DNA of 61,621 nt, filler included, from Chiloscyllium plagiosum (lineage: Eukaryota), in NCBI RefSeq assembly GCF_004010195.1. It is 3 parts of one record of this genome, joined end to end, with 100 filler letters (N's around TTAATTAATTAA, not from the genome) between each part and the next. Parts side by side here need not be neighbours in the genome. Positions count along the whole stretch, not along the records: positions 44,512 to 61,621 come from NC_057715.1; 2 more parts are not named here. One strand, 5' to 3'. Position numbers and translations under genes: made by a program. Shown one piece after another: positions 50,231 to 61,621 of this stretch (positions are counted from its first letter, which is position 1; each line of letters starts with the position of its first letter). Under the pieces are notes generated by a model, which was given only the letters and a program-made list of their open reading frames with translations, was not told where the DNA came from and searched no databases.

Positions 50231-51954
50231 TATCAAGCTAAGGAGATTGCAGATTGTGGTGGAGTATAGTTCTGCTCTCATGGATGATGACCCAGAGCAT
50301 CTCATGGATTGCCAGTCTTGAATTACTAGATCTATTTGAAGTCTGTCCCATTTAGTGTGGTGATAGTGTCATATAATACTAATTGGGTCAGACTGTGTGA
50401 AAGTTATGTCCTCACTGTATATATCTTGGGTGTACAGAGACTCTGTCACTTTTGAGTGTATGTCATGTTGTACAGAGCTGTCTGCATTATATGTATATAG
50501 AGAACATGCCCTTCTTTGTTTATAATCTGTGTGTACACTGTGTCCCCATTGTGTGTTTATTCATGTATTGTGTTTTCACTTGAGGAAAGTGGGTATCAAT
50601 GGCTGGGCCAGTGTTTTAGCAATATTCACATTTACCTTTGAATTAAGTGGCTTATTAGGTACTTTGCTGAGGGTCTGGAGTCACATGTAGGCCAGACTGG
50701 GTAAGCAAGGTAGATTTCCTTTTATTAAAAAAAAGGGCATTAGTGAACCAGATGTGTTTTTAAACAATAATTAGCAACAGTTACACAGACACCATTAGGC
50801 TAGCTTCTAATTTTAAGAATTTTCATGGATTGCTGCTATTTGAATTCATACCCCCACAACATTGAACTGATGTTGTGGATTGCTAGCCCAATGCTATTAC
50901 ACCACAACAGTGCTTTCCTGTGAGTGACAGACTGTGTCCTCCCGGTGTACATCAGCATGTACAGAGGCTGTGTTCCTGCTCTTCAAGCTAATTTGTATAT
51001 ATCTTGAGGGCTGAATTTACAAGATTTGGACAGAGCCTGAAGTGTAGTAGAGACTTGCAGAGTTGCACTTTAAGCAGTTTGGCATGAAGCCAGTAAATGA
51101 CTAAGGGGCCCAGCTCTTGTGATTTAAATAAAACAAGAGAACAGAGTTGTAGCTCCTGCCAAGACCCCCAGGTGTTTGTTCTCACCCTAAGTTAATAACT
51201 GTCTGCAGTTCCGGAGAGTCTGAGTATGTTTCGGGGCCAAGAAAGCTACTCAGCTGATCCATCAACTTGCTGTGATTCATCTCATTCCAAATCGGTCTTG
51301 GGGGTGGAGTGTTTGTACCTTGAATTCCCGACTGCATGGGGCCAAACCCAAGGAAAATCTATCCAATGTCCCTGGTGATTTTTGCTGTGTTTCAATCCGA
51401 TGGTTTAAATTGATGGAGCAGGGTAGGAGATGGGGTTCCAGAGACTTGACAGGGAGCTGGATTGGACAAGTTTGGAGAGGAGGAGGGGTTGGGGGGGGGG
51501 GGGTGGAGTAGTTTATGAGAGCTGAATGATTTTATTGAGATCCTGCCAACCTGTGATTAACATTGTTTCATCCGAACTGAAACACATGGCAAAACTTAAG
51601 CCAAACTTTCTGAGCACAGTTAGTTTCACTAATTCCAACATGTTCGCAAAGAAAATTATTGCTTAATTTGATTCCTGATTTTGCCACTTCATATCACACG
51701 ACGAGTTTCACTGGCATACAGTCCACTTATATTAAATCATTACCTAATATGGACTGTGTTAATGATGGTGCTGAGGGGTCCCTAAAGATCAGACAACTTG
51801 GTGATTGCATTGGTGACATACTTGAGAGGAGAACAATTTGGAAAGATCTTTCAAACTGCTTTCGTCAAATGCCATTGGCATTCTGATATTCATGATATTC
51901 GGTCACCGATTAAATCCAGATTATGAGCACCCCACATTCACTAGGTCACAGAAC

Positions 51955-52321
51955 CCGTACCCCATTGAGAGTCAGTGTGTGTGTGTGGAACTGTACCTCA
52001 GTGAGAGTCACTGTATATGTGGAACTGTACCCCTGTGACAGTCAGTGTGTATGTGTGTGTGTGGAACCTGTACCCCAGTGAGAGTCAGCATATGTGAGAT
52101 CCCGTACCCCAATGAGAGTCAGTGTGTGTGTGGGACTGTCCCCCTGTGAGGGGCAGTGTGTGTGTGGGACTGTACCCCAGTGAGAGTCAGTGTGTGTGTG
52201 GGACTGTACCCCAGTGAGAGTCAGTGTGTGTGTGGGACTGTCCCCCTGTGAGGGTCAGTGTGTGTGAGATCCCGTACCCGAGTGAGAGTCAGTGTGTGTG
52301 TGGGATGCTATCCCAGTGAGA
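51955..52321 (-). repeat. Same ~33-bp minisatellite family as 23052-24406, in inverted orientation; runs into a gap
   Basis: gggactgtaccccagtgagagtcagtgtgtgtgt is the reverse complement of acacacactgactctcactggggtacagtccc. Confidence 0.92.
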
Positions 52322-53981
52322 NNNNNNNNNNNNNNNNNNNNNNNNNNNNNNNNNNNNNNNNNNNNNNNNNNNNNNNNNNNNNNNNNNNNNNNNNNNNNNN
52401 NNNNNNNNNNNNNNNNNNNNNNNNNNNNNNNNNNNNNNNNNNNNNNNNNNNNNNNNNNNNNNNNNNNNNNNNNNNNNNNNNNNNNNNNNNNNNNNNNNNN
52501 NNNNNNNNNNNNNNNNNNNNNNNNNNNNNNNNNNNNNNNNNNNNNNNNNNNNNNNNNNNNNNNNNNNNNNNNNNNNNNNNNNNNNNNNNNNNNNNNNNNN
52601 NNNNNNNNNNNNNNNNNNNNNNNNNNNNNNNNNNNNNNNNNNNNNNNNNNNNNNNNNNNNNNNNNNNNNNNNNNNNNNNNNNNNNNNNNNNNNNNNNNNN
52701 NNNNNNNNNNNNNNNNNNNNNNNNNNNNNNNNNNNNNNNNNNNNNNNNNNNNNNNNNNNNNNNNNNNNNNNNNNNNNNNNNNNNNNNNNNNNNNNNNNNN
52801 NNNNNNNNNNNNNNNNNNNNNCACAGAATCTGTTATTTTTGCAAATTTTTCCACCAATGATATTTCTGCAGAGCTTTCTTTCCGGTCTGTCTAATTTGAG
52901 TTGAAGGTGGTGTTTGAGTGCAGCTTATGTTTGTGTACTGGTGATCAATAATCCATTTTGTTACTCCTTAAAGAATCAGTCTGTTGGTAACAAAGAAGTT
53001 GTTTATTGATGAAACCTAGAGAGAGTTTATTTTTCCTTATTTGTTTTGTTCTGCTGTACAATAAGGCAGAACCCTCTTCCATCGGGCCATTACAGTTACT
53101 GTGAGAGTGGGCTGGGTGCTGGTTTGCTCTGATGGTTTTTACTGGACCTAACCAAAGAGACCGACCATGAGAGGGCTGGTGGCTGGGTTATCTCTCCCTC
53201 CAATCCAGCCCATCTCTCAGCAAGTTCAAAAACAATGCCCCCTCTCACAGGTCTTGGAGGTTAAATAACGTCAAATGTTAATGCTCTCAACCTTTTACAA
53301 AGAATGTTCCTCACAAAGAGTCTACAACAAGCAGGCACTAGACGTGAAATGGTTTCCTGATTTGCAGCAATGTAAGCTCAGGCGGCGAGATGTAGATTTC
53401 TTCAAATCGAAACAAAGGCAGGGGGTTTTCCATTCATGCTGAACTGCAGCCTGGTTAATCCACGAGAAGTTATCAACTGGATTCTAACTGTGTTCAGCTT
53501 CCCGGCCAAGAGGTAACCATGTCATTCAGAGGAAACAGCCTGTCTCCCAAAAACTGAAACACTGCAGCAGCACAACGCCAAATCCAACAAGGCCTTGGCA
53601 GCAAGTCAGACACTCAGTATCACTGTGATTGCTTCCACATTTCCAGTTAGAACCAGAGAGAGTTTAAAGTGGGGCTCACAGAAACAGCTCAGAAAGTGAG
53701 AACACAATTGAGTCAGCACGACCAATACAAGCAGTGAAACATCACGAACTTCCAACTGTCCCAGCAGTACTGAGGGAGTACTGCACTTTCAGAGGGGATC
53801 CCGTGTCAATTTTTGTCACATTTTCTAGTGTTTAACTGCAATGTTGATTGAATAACGGGGCAGATGGGATGGGCTGATTGGCCCACTCCAGCTCCAATGT
53901 TTGACAGTGAAATCTGCAGAAGCTGCTAAAGCAGACCCAGTGATCACAACATCCCAACAGGCAGACAATGGCCATCCATCA

Positions 53982-56140
53982 CATAGAACATAGAACATAG
54001 AACAATACAGCGCAGTACAGGCCCTTCGGCCCTCGATGTTGCGCAGATCCAAGCCCACCTAACCTACACTAGCCCACTATCCTCCATATGCCTATCCAAT
54101 GCCCGCATAAATGCCCATAATGAGGGAGAGTCCACCACTGCTACTGGCAGGGCATTCCATGAACTCACGACACGCTGAGTAAAGAACCTACCCCTAACAT
54201 CTGCCCTATACCTACCCCCCCTTAATTTAAAGCTATGCCCCCTCATAATAGCTGNNNNNNNNNNNNNNNNNNNNNNNNNNNNNNNNNNNNNNNNNNNNNN
54301 NNNNNNNNNNNNNNNNNNNNNNNNNNNNNNNNNNNNNNNNNNNNNNNNNNNNNNNNNNNNNNNNNNNNNNNNNNNNNNNNNNNNNNNNNNNNNNNNNNNN
54401 NNNNNNNNNNNNNNNNNNNNNNNNNNNNNNNNNNNNNNNNNNNNNNNNNNNNNNNNNNNNNNNNNNNNNNNNNNNNNNNNNNNNNNNNNNNNNNNNNNNN
54501 NNNNNNNNNNNNNNNNNNNNNNNNNNNNNNNNNNNNNNNNNNNNNNNNNNNNNNNNNNNNNNNNNNNNNNNNNNNNNNNNNNNNNNNNNNNNNNNNNNNN
54601 NNNNNNNNNNNNNNNNNNNNNNNNNNNNNNNNNNNNNNNNNNNNNNNNNNNNNNNNNNNNNNNNNNNNNNNNNNNNNNNNNNNNNNNNNNNNNNNNNNNN
54701 NNNNNNNNNNNNNNNNNNNNNNNNNNNNNNNNNNNNNNNNNNNNNNNNNNNNNNNNNNNNNNNNNNNNNNNNNNNNNNNNNNNNNNNNNNNNNNNNNNNN
54801 NNNNNNNNNNNNNNNNNNNNNNNNNNNNNNNNNNNNNNNNNNNNNNNNNNNNNNNNNNNNNNNNNNNNNNNNNNNNNNNNNNNNNNNNNNNNNNNNNNNN
54901 NNNNNNNNNNNNNNNNNNNNNNNNNNNNNNNNNNNNNNNNNNNNNNNNNNNNNNNNNNNNNNNNNNNNNNNNNNNNNNNNNNNNNNNNNNNNNNNNNNNN
55001 NNNNNNNNNNNNNNNNNNNNNNNNNNNNNNNNNNNNNNNNNNNNNNNNNNNNNNNNNNNNNNNNNNNNNNNNNNNNNNNNNNNNNNNNNNNNNNNNNNNN
55101 NNNNNNNNNNNNNNNNNNNNNNNNNNNNNNNNNNNNNNNNNNNNNNNNNNNNNNNNNNNNNNNNNNNNNNNNNCCTTCAATCTTCTGGCACTACTCCTGT
55201 AGACATCGAGGACATAAAAATCAAGGCCAATGGCTCTGCAATCTCCTCCCTTGCTTCCCAGAGAATCCTAGGATAAATGCCATCAGGCCCAGGGGAGTTA
55301 TCTATTTTCACCCTTTCCAGAATTTCCAACACCTCTTCTCTGCATACCTCAAAGCCATCCATTCTACTTAATTGTGACTCAGTACTCACATTGACAACAA
55401 TGTCCTGTTCCTGATTGAATACTGACGAAAAGTATTCATGCCCTGAATGGGAGGTGAGTGACCAAAGTGGGCCTTACTGGCGAAACAAACAATGAAGATT
55501 GGCTTTAGATTGTTGGCTAACACTTATATCATAGAGTCATAGAGTCCTACAGCACACAGACAGGCCATTTTGGCCCAAACCGGTCCATGCCGACCAAAAC
55601 ATCCACCCACGCTAACCCCATTTCCCTGCACTTGGCCCAGGTCCTTCTAAACCTTTCCTATCCATGTATTTGTCCAAATGCCTTTTTAATGTTGTTAATG
55701 TACCCGCCTCAACCACTTCCACTGGCAGCTCATTCCATATGCGTACCACCCTCTGTGTAAAACAATTGCCCCTCAGGTTCCCTTTCATTCTTTCCTCTCT
55801 AACCTTAAACTGATGCCCTCTAGTCCTCGATTCTCCAACCCTGGGAAAAAGACTGAGTGCATTTATCGTATCCGTGCTTCTCATGATCTTATATACCTCT
55901 TTAAGATCCCCCCCGCCTCAGTCTCCTACGCTCTAATAAAAAATGTCCTAATTTGTCCAACCTCTCCCTATAACCAGACCATTGAGTCCTGGTAACATCC
56001 TTGTAAGTTTCTTCTGCACTCTTTCCAGTTTAATAACATCCTTCCTACAGCAAGGTGACCAAAACTGAACACAATACTCCAAGTGCAAATTCACCAACGT
56101 CCTGCAACATAACTTCCCAACTTCTATACTCAATGCCCTG
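53982..56140 (-). mobile_element. CR1 copies (53982-55440 across a gap; 55528-56140)
   Basis: (CATAGAA)n and (CATAGAGT)n tails; NSPGPDGIYPRILWEAREEI; HLEYCVQFWSPCCRKD. Confidence 0.88.
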
Positions 56141-58794
56141 AAAGTCTGAAGTATGGAGACTGAGTGCTGTGGGATGAAGATTCAACTTGATCCTGAGGTT
56201 TAAATGCCCCTCCTGGAAGGCGTTGAGAGAGCTCAAATGATTGGCTGGATGTTGTACCCTGTGTATTTTTCTCAGTGAGAGGACAGTCAGTGCTGCCTAT
56301 AACGTGGTTCCCTCACAGCACCATTAAACACACATTTATTGGGCAGATCTGGAAGCAGGACTTCTGATGGAGCTTGAACCAGTCTCTGTTACTTTCTGTA
56401 ACTGTTACTCTCTGTTACTCCAAGTTGCTGCGCCAGGCTCCAGGCACTGCAGCTTTTCCTGTACCCTATCAGATTGTCTTCAATCCCAAACACTGCCATT
56501 CCCTCACAGACTCCCTCCCAACTGGCACCAGTCACCAGGCAATATTATCTCCATGGAAACGTTTGGAACCCTAGCGCTCAACAATGCTCCTCACTATGTC
56601 AACAAGAAACTGAATGTTAGAAACAGCCTTTAATGTCATAAAACATTCCAAGCACAGAGCTCTTCCATTAAGTCTTGATGTCATTTGCACGATGGGAGGT
56701 GCCATTCAGCTCATCAAGTCCATGCTTTCTCTCTGTCAGCCAATCCAATTCCGTCCTATCCTCCCCCTCGTAGATCCTGAGAGTTTATTCCCCATGAACT
56801 GTCCATTTTATTTCATTTTAAAAACATTCTCTGTCTCTACTCCCACCTCAGCCCTGAAACATGGGCAGTGGATTCAGCTGAGGATCACTCAGAATTACAC
56901 AGACAGAGGCCATTCAGCTCAGTCAGTCTCTGCTGACGTTTATGTTCCAAATAAACCTGCTCCTAAATTTTGAGAATGAGATGTACCAACTGTAACCCTC
57001 TACCTCTTTCCCAGTGTTGTGTTTATTCAGCTATTGACACAATTCACTTCAACGATCTGCTGAGGGACTGAGGGCCACACTCTCACTATTCTATCCCGGG
57101 ATGAAGATGTATCTCCCAAATTCCCGAATTCCTAATTGGAATCCATCTATTGATAGCCTCACGAGAGCAGCAATGTTCTCCCTGTATCTCCTCAATCAGA
57201 ACCCTCTCATAATTTTAAAGACATTTGTTAACTCACCACTAAGTTTTCTTTCTTCAAGAGAAAATAAACACAGTTTGCCAATCTTTAATGGTCTGCATAA
57301 TCACACATTCTGGTTATCAATCTTGTAAACCTTCTCCACACCCTAACAAGTGCCTCCATCTGCTGTTATAATATGGTACCCAGAACTGCATTCAGTACTG
57401 TCTGTGATCTATTCAAGGTTTGTTACAGATGAAGCATAACTTCTTTTCAATTCTATTCCTCAAGAAATAAAGTCTAATGTTTGCATTTGTTCTTCATGTT
57501 CTTGCTGGTACTTGTGTTTGTATCTGAGCTTACTTTCTTCCTCACTCCCACCTGGACTTGCACCTTCCAAGTAATAAGTGACTGTCTTCTTCTTCAAATT
57601 AAATGCACAACTGTACACTTATCTGTGTTGAACTTCATCTGCAAATTATTGCCAATGCTTCAAATTTATTAATGTCTTCCTGTAATTTGTTGCAATCCTT
57701 CACTCTCTGCTATCTCCTCAAAACATCATTCAAGCAAGATCTTCCCCTTGAAACCACAGACTATTGATCATGAATTTTCTTTGTGTAAAAATCCTGTTCC
57801 TCCTGTAGTGGGCCTCCAGCAGCAGCTGGGGGCGATGATGAGTGAGGGTGCCGAGCAGGGGTGCACGAGCATCCAGTAACATGGTGACATGGAGTCCATC
57901 CCATTGGTCCACAGTCACACATTGTAATCTACACTTTTCTGTCTTTCTTGCTCACAAGGACAATGGGGGAGGGGAACCTCTGAAGTTAGCTCCACACTTC
58001 CTCTCATTGTATCATACCATTCAGAAAAGGCCCTTCAGCCCATTCAGTCTGTACTGCCAAACAATCATTAAATTGTACTAGTTTCATTAGGCCCATGGCC
58101 TTGAATGTTACAATATTCCAAGTGTTCATCCAAGGTTGTGAAGATTCCCACGTCAATATTCTCCCAGACAATGCATTCCCCTCTGAGTGAAAATGTTTTC
58201 TTCAAATCCATTCTAAACCTCCTGCCTTTCACATTAAAACTATGCTCCTTATGTGGGATGGGGGTCTGCAGTCAGAAATTTTTATTGGATAGTCATCGAA
58301 AGTAGAGACCCATAAAGCACAGGAATGGGCCATTCAGCCCACAGTGTTGGGCCAAACATGACGCCAAATTAAACCAATCCCTTCTGCCTGTATTTGGTCC
58401 ATATCCCTCCATTCCTTGCATACAGTGCAGAAATAGACTGTTCGGTCCAACTAATCCATACCAACCCCATTCCCCAAACTAAACTAGCCCCATTTGCCTG
58501 CATTTGTCTTGTATCCCTCTATACCTTTCTTCTTCATGGACTTGTCTCCATGTATTTTAAATGCTGTAACTGCACCTGCATCTATTACTTCCTCTGGCAG
58601 CTCTTTCCACACATGAACCACTCTCTGCATGAAAAATATGTCCTTTAGGTCCCCTTTGAATGATAGTAATGGAAATTCAGACAAACAACCATTTACTATT
58701 AAAGTGGTCATATTGTCCTTTAGGTCTATATTACTGAAAATTCATATCATGACATTATCCAGATGGTGAGTAATTGGGGCCCTAACACAGATCC

Positions 58795-58970
58795 TGTGTG
58801 AGATAATAGCATTGTGTGTCAACCCACAGCTCATGGACTGCAGCAGTTCAAGAAGGCAGCTCACATTCCACCACCACCCCAACCTTCTCAAGGGGCAACT
58901 AGGGACAGGTAATAAATGCTGGGCCTGCCAACGATGCTCACAGTCCACAAAATGATTAAATTAAAAAAAC
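58795..58970 (+). mobile_element. LINE 3' end of another family (reverse copy at ~28975-29080)
   Basis: ggactgcagcagttcaagaaggcagctcac...aataaatgctggg; A-rich end. Confidence 0.6.
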
Positions 58971-59250
58971 ACACCTGGTCACATCCTGCCAATTTCAGGA
59001 CCTACCCATTATCCCTACTTTGATACCTGTCCCTCAACTAATTTCCCAGCCATGTCAGTAATTTGCCCACATTACGAGGGCTTTGACCTTGGTTAACAAT
59101 CTCTTATGTATGACATGAAACACAGAGTAGGAATAAATGGGTCATTTTCTGAATGGTCGGCATAACTAGTGGGGTACCGCAGGGATCAGTACTTGAACCG
59201 AACTATTCACAATATATATTAATGATTGAATGAGGGAATTAAATGTAATA

Positions 59251-59440
59251 CAGTAGCCTCCCCTCCCCCGTACGCATGGGGATACGTCTCAAGCCCTACT
59301 GCAAAGGCCCAAAACCACGGATTGGTGCAAACCCATTCATTTAAATGGGAAACGTACCTTCCCAGCAGTCTCCTGCTCCCTGGTTCTGGAATGTCCCCCA
59401 TAATATGTTCACGCTGCGGAAATCCACGGGTAACTGAAAC
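59251..59440 (+). mobile_element. Tc1/mariner-pogo (Tigger-like) MITE fragment, one terminus only
   Basis: TA followed by CAGTAGCCTCCCC...GGGGATACGT resembles Tigger-type TIRs; the other end was lost with a host deletion. Confidence 0.5.
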
Positions 59441-59767
59441 GTACAGCAGGCAGTGAAGAAGGCAAGTTATATATTGGCCTCCATAGTGAGAGGATTCAAG
59501 TGCGGGGGTAGGGACGTCTTGCTGCAATTATGCTGGGCTTTGGTGAGACCACACCTGGAATATTGTGTGCAGTTATTGTCTCCTTATCTGAGGAAGGGTC
59601 CCCTGGCGATGGAGGGAGTGCAGTGAAGGGCTACCAGACTGACTTCTGGGAGTGGCAGGACTGACTGATGAAGACCGACTGGATGGGGAGATCTCATAGA
59701 AACCTATAAAATTCTAACTGGGCGAGACAGGGGCAAATGCTGGAACAATGTTGCTAATGAGGGGGAG

Positions 59768-59916
59768 CTGAAAATGTGTTACTGGAAAAGCGCAGCAGGT
59801 CAGGCAGCATCCAGGGAACAGGAGAATCGACGTTTCGGGCATAAGCCCTTATTCAGGAATGGCAGGAATACACATTTTCAGCTCTGATCTCCAGCATCTG
59901 CAGACCTCACTTTCTC
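59768..59916 (-). mobile_element. Penelope-derived hairpin insert with 14-bp TSD
   Basis: CTAATGAGGGGGAG 59754-59767 vs CTAATAAGGGGGAG 59917-59930; reverse-strand hammerhead core at 59829-59856. Confidence 0.85.
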
Positions 59917-61339
59917 CTAATAAGGGGGAGGCCAGAACAGATACTATTTTGGACTGAGATGAGGAGAAATATTTTCCACCAGTGAGTGGTGAGCCTGTGG
60001 AATTCTCCACCATAGAACATGGTTGAGGCCAGGGGACTGAGTTGGATGATCAGCCAGGATCATATTGATTGGCAGAGCAGGTTGAAAGGGCCAAATGGCC
60101 TTTTCCTGTTTTCTGTGTTTGTGTGGGTCTTTACCCCCTGGTGCCCTCTGGGACTGGAACGTCATGAGTAGGTGATTCAGCTTCTGTTGCCACAGCCACT
60201 GTCTGACCTGCTGAACATTAGTAATGTTTTGGTGCTGAGTACTGCCTGGTGTTGTTGTTGCTATGCGCACTGAGCCAGACCCGTGTTTGCACGTTAGCCT
60301 AAACAGCTGGGAACAGACTGAGAGTTTTGGATTGGGTGAATGTCTCAGGGAGAGGATCACACAGACTGCCCACACCTCAGACTGTGGCAGTGCGTGTGAG
60401 CAGGCAGTGAGACTGACACATCCAGCACACATGGCTTTCATTTCCCCTTCCTGCAGCAAACAAATACCACACTCACAAAAGGAGAATAATTCACCCTTAA
60501 TCATCTCCTCGGGAAGGTGGGGAGCTCCCCGATGTGCACAAATGTGTGGCCTGTAACAATGTGAATAGAGCACTATCCCTGCTGCCATTCTCCTTCCTGG
60601 GATTTCACTGCCCTTTCCTGTTAACATGTTCCTCATGACAGAACAACAGGAGGCCTTTCAGCTCACTGTGTCAGTACTGTCTTTCAGTGAAAACACCTCC
60701 CCCCAGGCCCACTACCCTGCCTGTTCATTGATCCCCAGGAACCTCCCCTCCCTGCCCACTATTCCAGTGTGGTTTGATCTCCCTGAGTGATGCTGTGCCC
60801 ATTACATCCAGCAGCTGCTCTACCAGAGAATGCCTGCTCCCTGGCCTCTCAGCTGGGGGCTTCCTTACTCTGAGCCTCCCCCACCCCCACCCATAATCCC
60901 TCTCTCTCTCTCTTTGCCTCGTGAGCTGGTTCCATACACACTCTGACTCCTGTCTGGAAAGCCTGCCCCCAGTGAAGCAGCTGGACCCCAGGATCAGGGA
61001 GCCCTTATTGGGGGGTGGAGGAGGTGGGGGGGGGGAAAGGGGGTTTGAGGAAGTGGAAAGAAGGGGGTGAGAAGTGGGACAGCCCCTGACTAATGCCATC
61101 CTGAGTGCAGCCAGTGTAGTGTGGGGTATCTGAGTGAGACTGCACTTCTGTGTCTGAGAGAGGGAGGCACCGTCTGTATGAGGACCCTCCTTGTTCCTCA
61201 GAGTCCGGCTGTGAGGTTTGGGAAGTGAGGTGAGACCCAGAGAAGGGATGAAAGTGTCAGGACCTCAGGCTTACACACAGCGGACACTCCCATAGGCACA
61301 GCCCAACTGACCGTCCTGAGGCTGGTCTCACTCCTGTTG

Positions 61340-61621
61340 GGAGAAAGTGAGGTCTGTAGATGCTGGAGATCAGAGCTGAAAATGTGTTGCTGGAAAAGCG
61401 CAGCAGGTCAGGCAGCATCCAAGGAGCAGGAGAATCGACATTTCAGGCATAAGCCCTTCTTCAGGAATGAGAAAAGTGTGTCCAGCAGGCTAAGATAAAA
61501 GGTAGGGAGGAGGGACTTGGGGGAGGGGCGTTGAGAATGCGATAGGTGGAAGGAAGTTAAGGTGAGGGTGATAGGCCGGAGAGGGGGTGGGGGCAGAGAG
61601 GTCGGGAAGAAGATTGCAGGT
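61340..61621 (-). mobile_element. Penelope pLTR, continues beyond the window
   Basis: Reverse-complement-similar to 7490-7734; hammerhead core at 61438-61464. Confidence 0.87.

Larger units (their letters stand above)
59120..60125 (+). mobile_element. Degraded CR1 RT/3' end hosting two insertions
   Basis: SGVPQGSVL; ALVRPHLEYCVQL.SPYLRK. Confidence 0.82.

Overview
Vertebrate genomic DNA, most likely a shark (inferred from HE1/V-SINE copies and abundant shark-type CR1 and Penelope families), from a gapped scaffold. The only host protein-coding sequence I can support is the large first coding exon of a dachsous cadherin, best read as DCHS1 (CDS 24538-26301, + strand). It encodes a signal peptide, cadherin repeats EC1-EC5 and the start of EC6, and has clean splice signals plus a 12-codon uORF. 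A candidate non-coding upstream exon lies at 11023-11093; no downstream exon was recognised in the following 35 kb. The rest is repeats: an ~8 kb 20-bp satellite with higher-order structure and an orientation switch; a ~33-bp CA-rich minisatellite present in inverted orientation on both sides of the exon; many CR1 LINE fragments; HE1 SINEs; Rex1/Babar fragments; a decayed Gypsy (Mag-like) LTR element carrying a multi-level nest of insertions; and many short Penelope-derived inserts. The Penelope inserts carry minimal hammerhead-ribozyme cores (CTGANGA-stem-GAAA-NTH) from at least three subfamilies. All calls were made by eye without database searches, and repeat boundaries are approximate unless a target-site duplication (TSD) is quoted.
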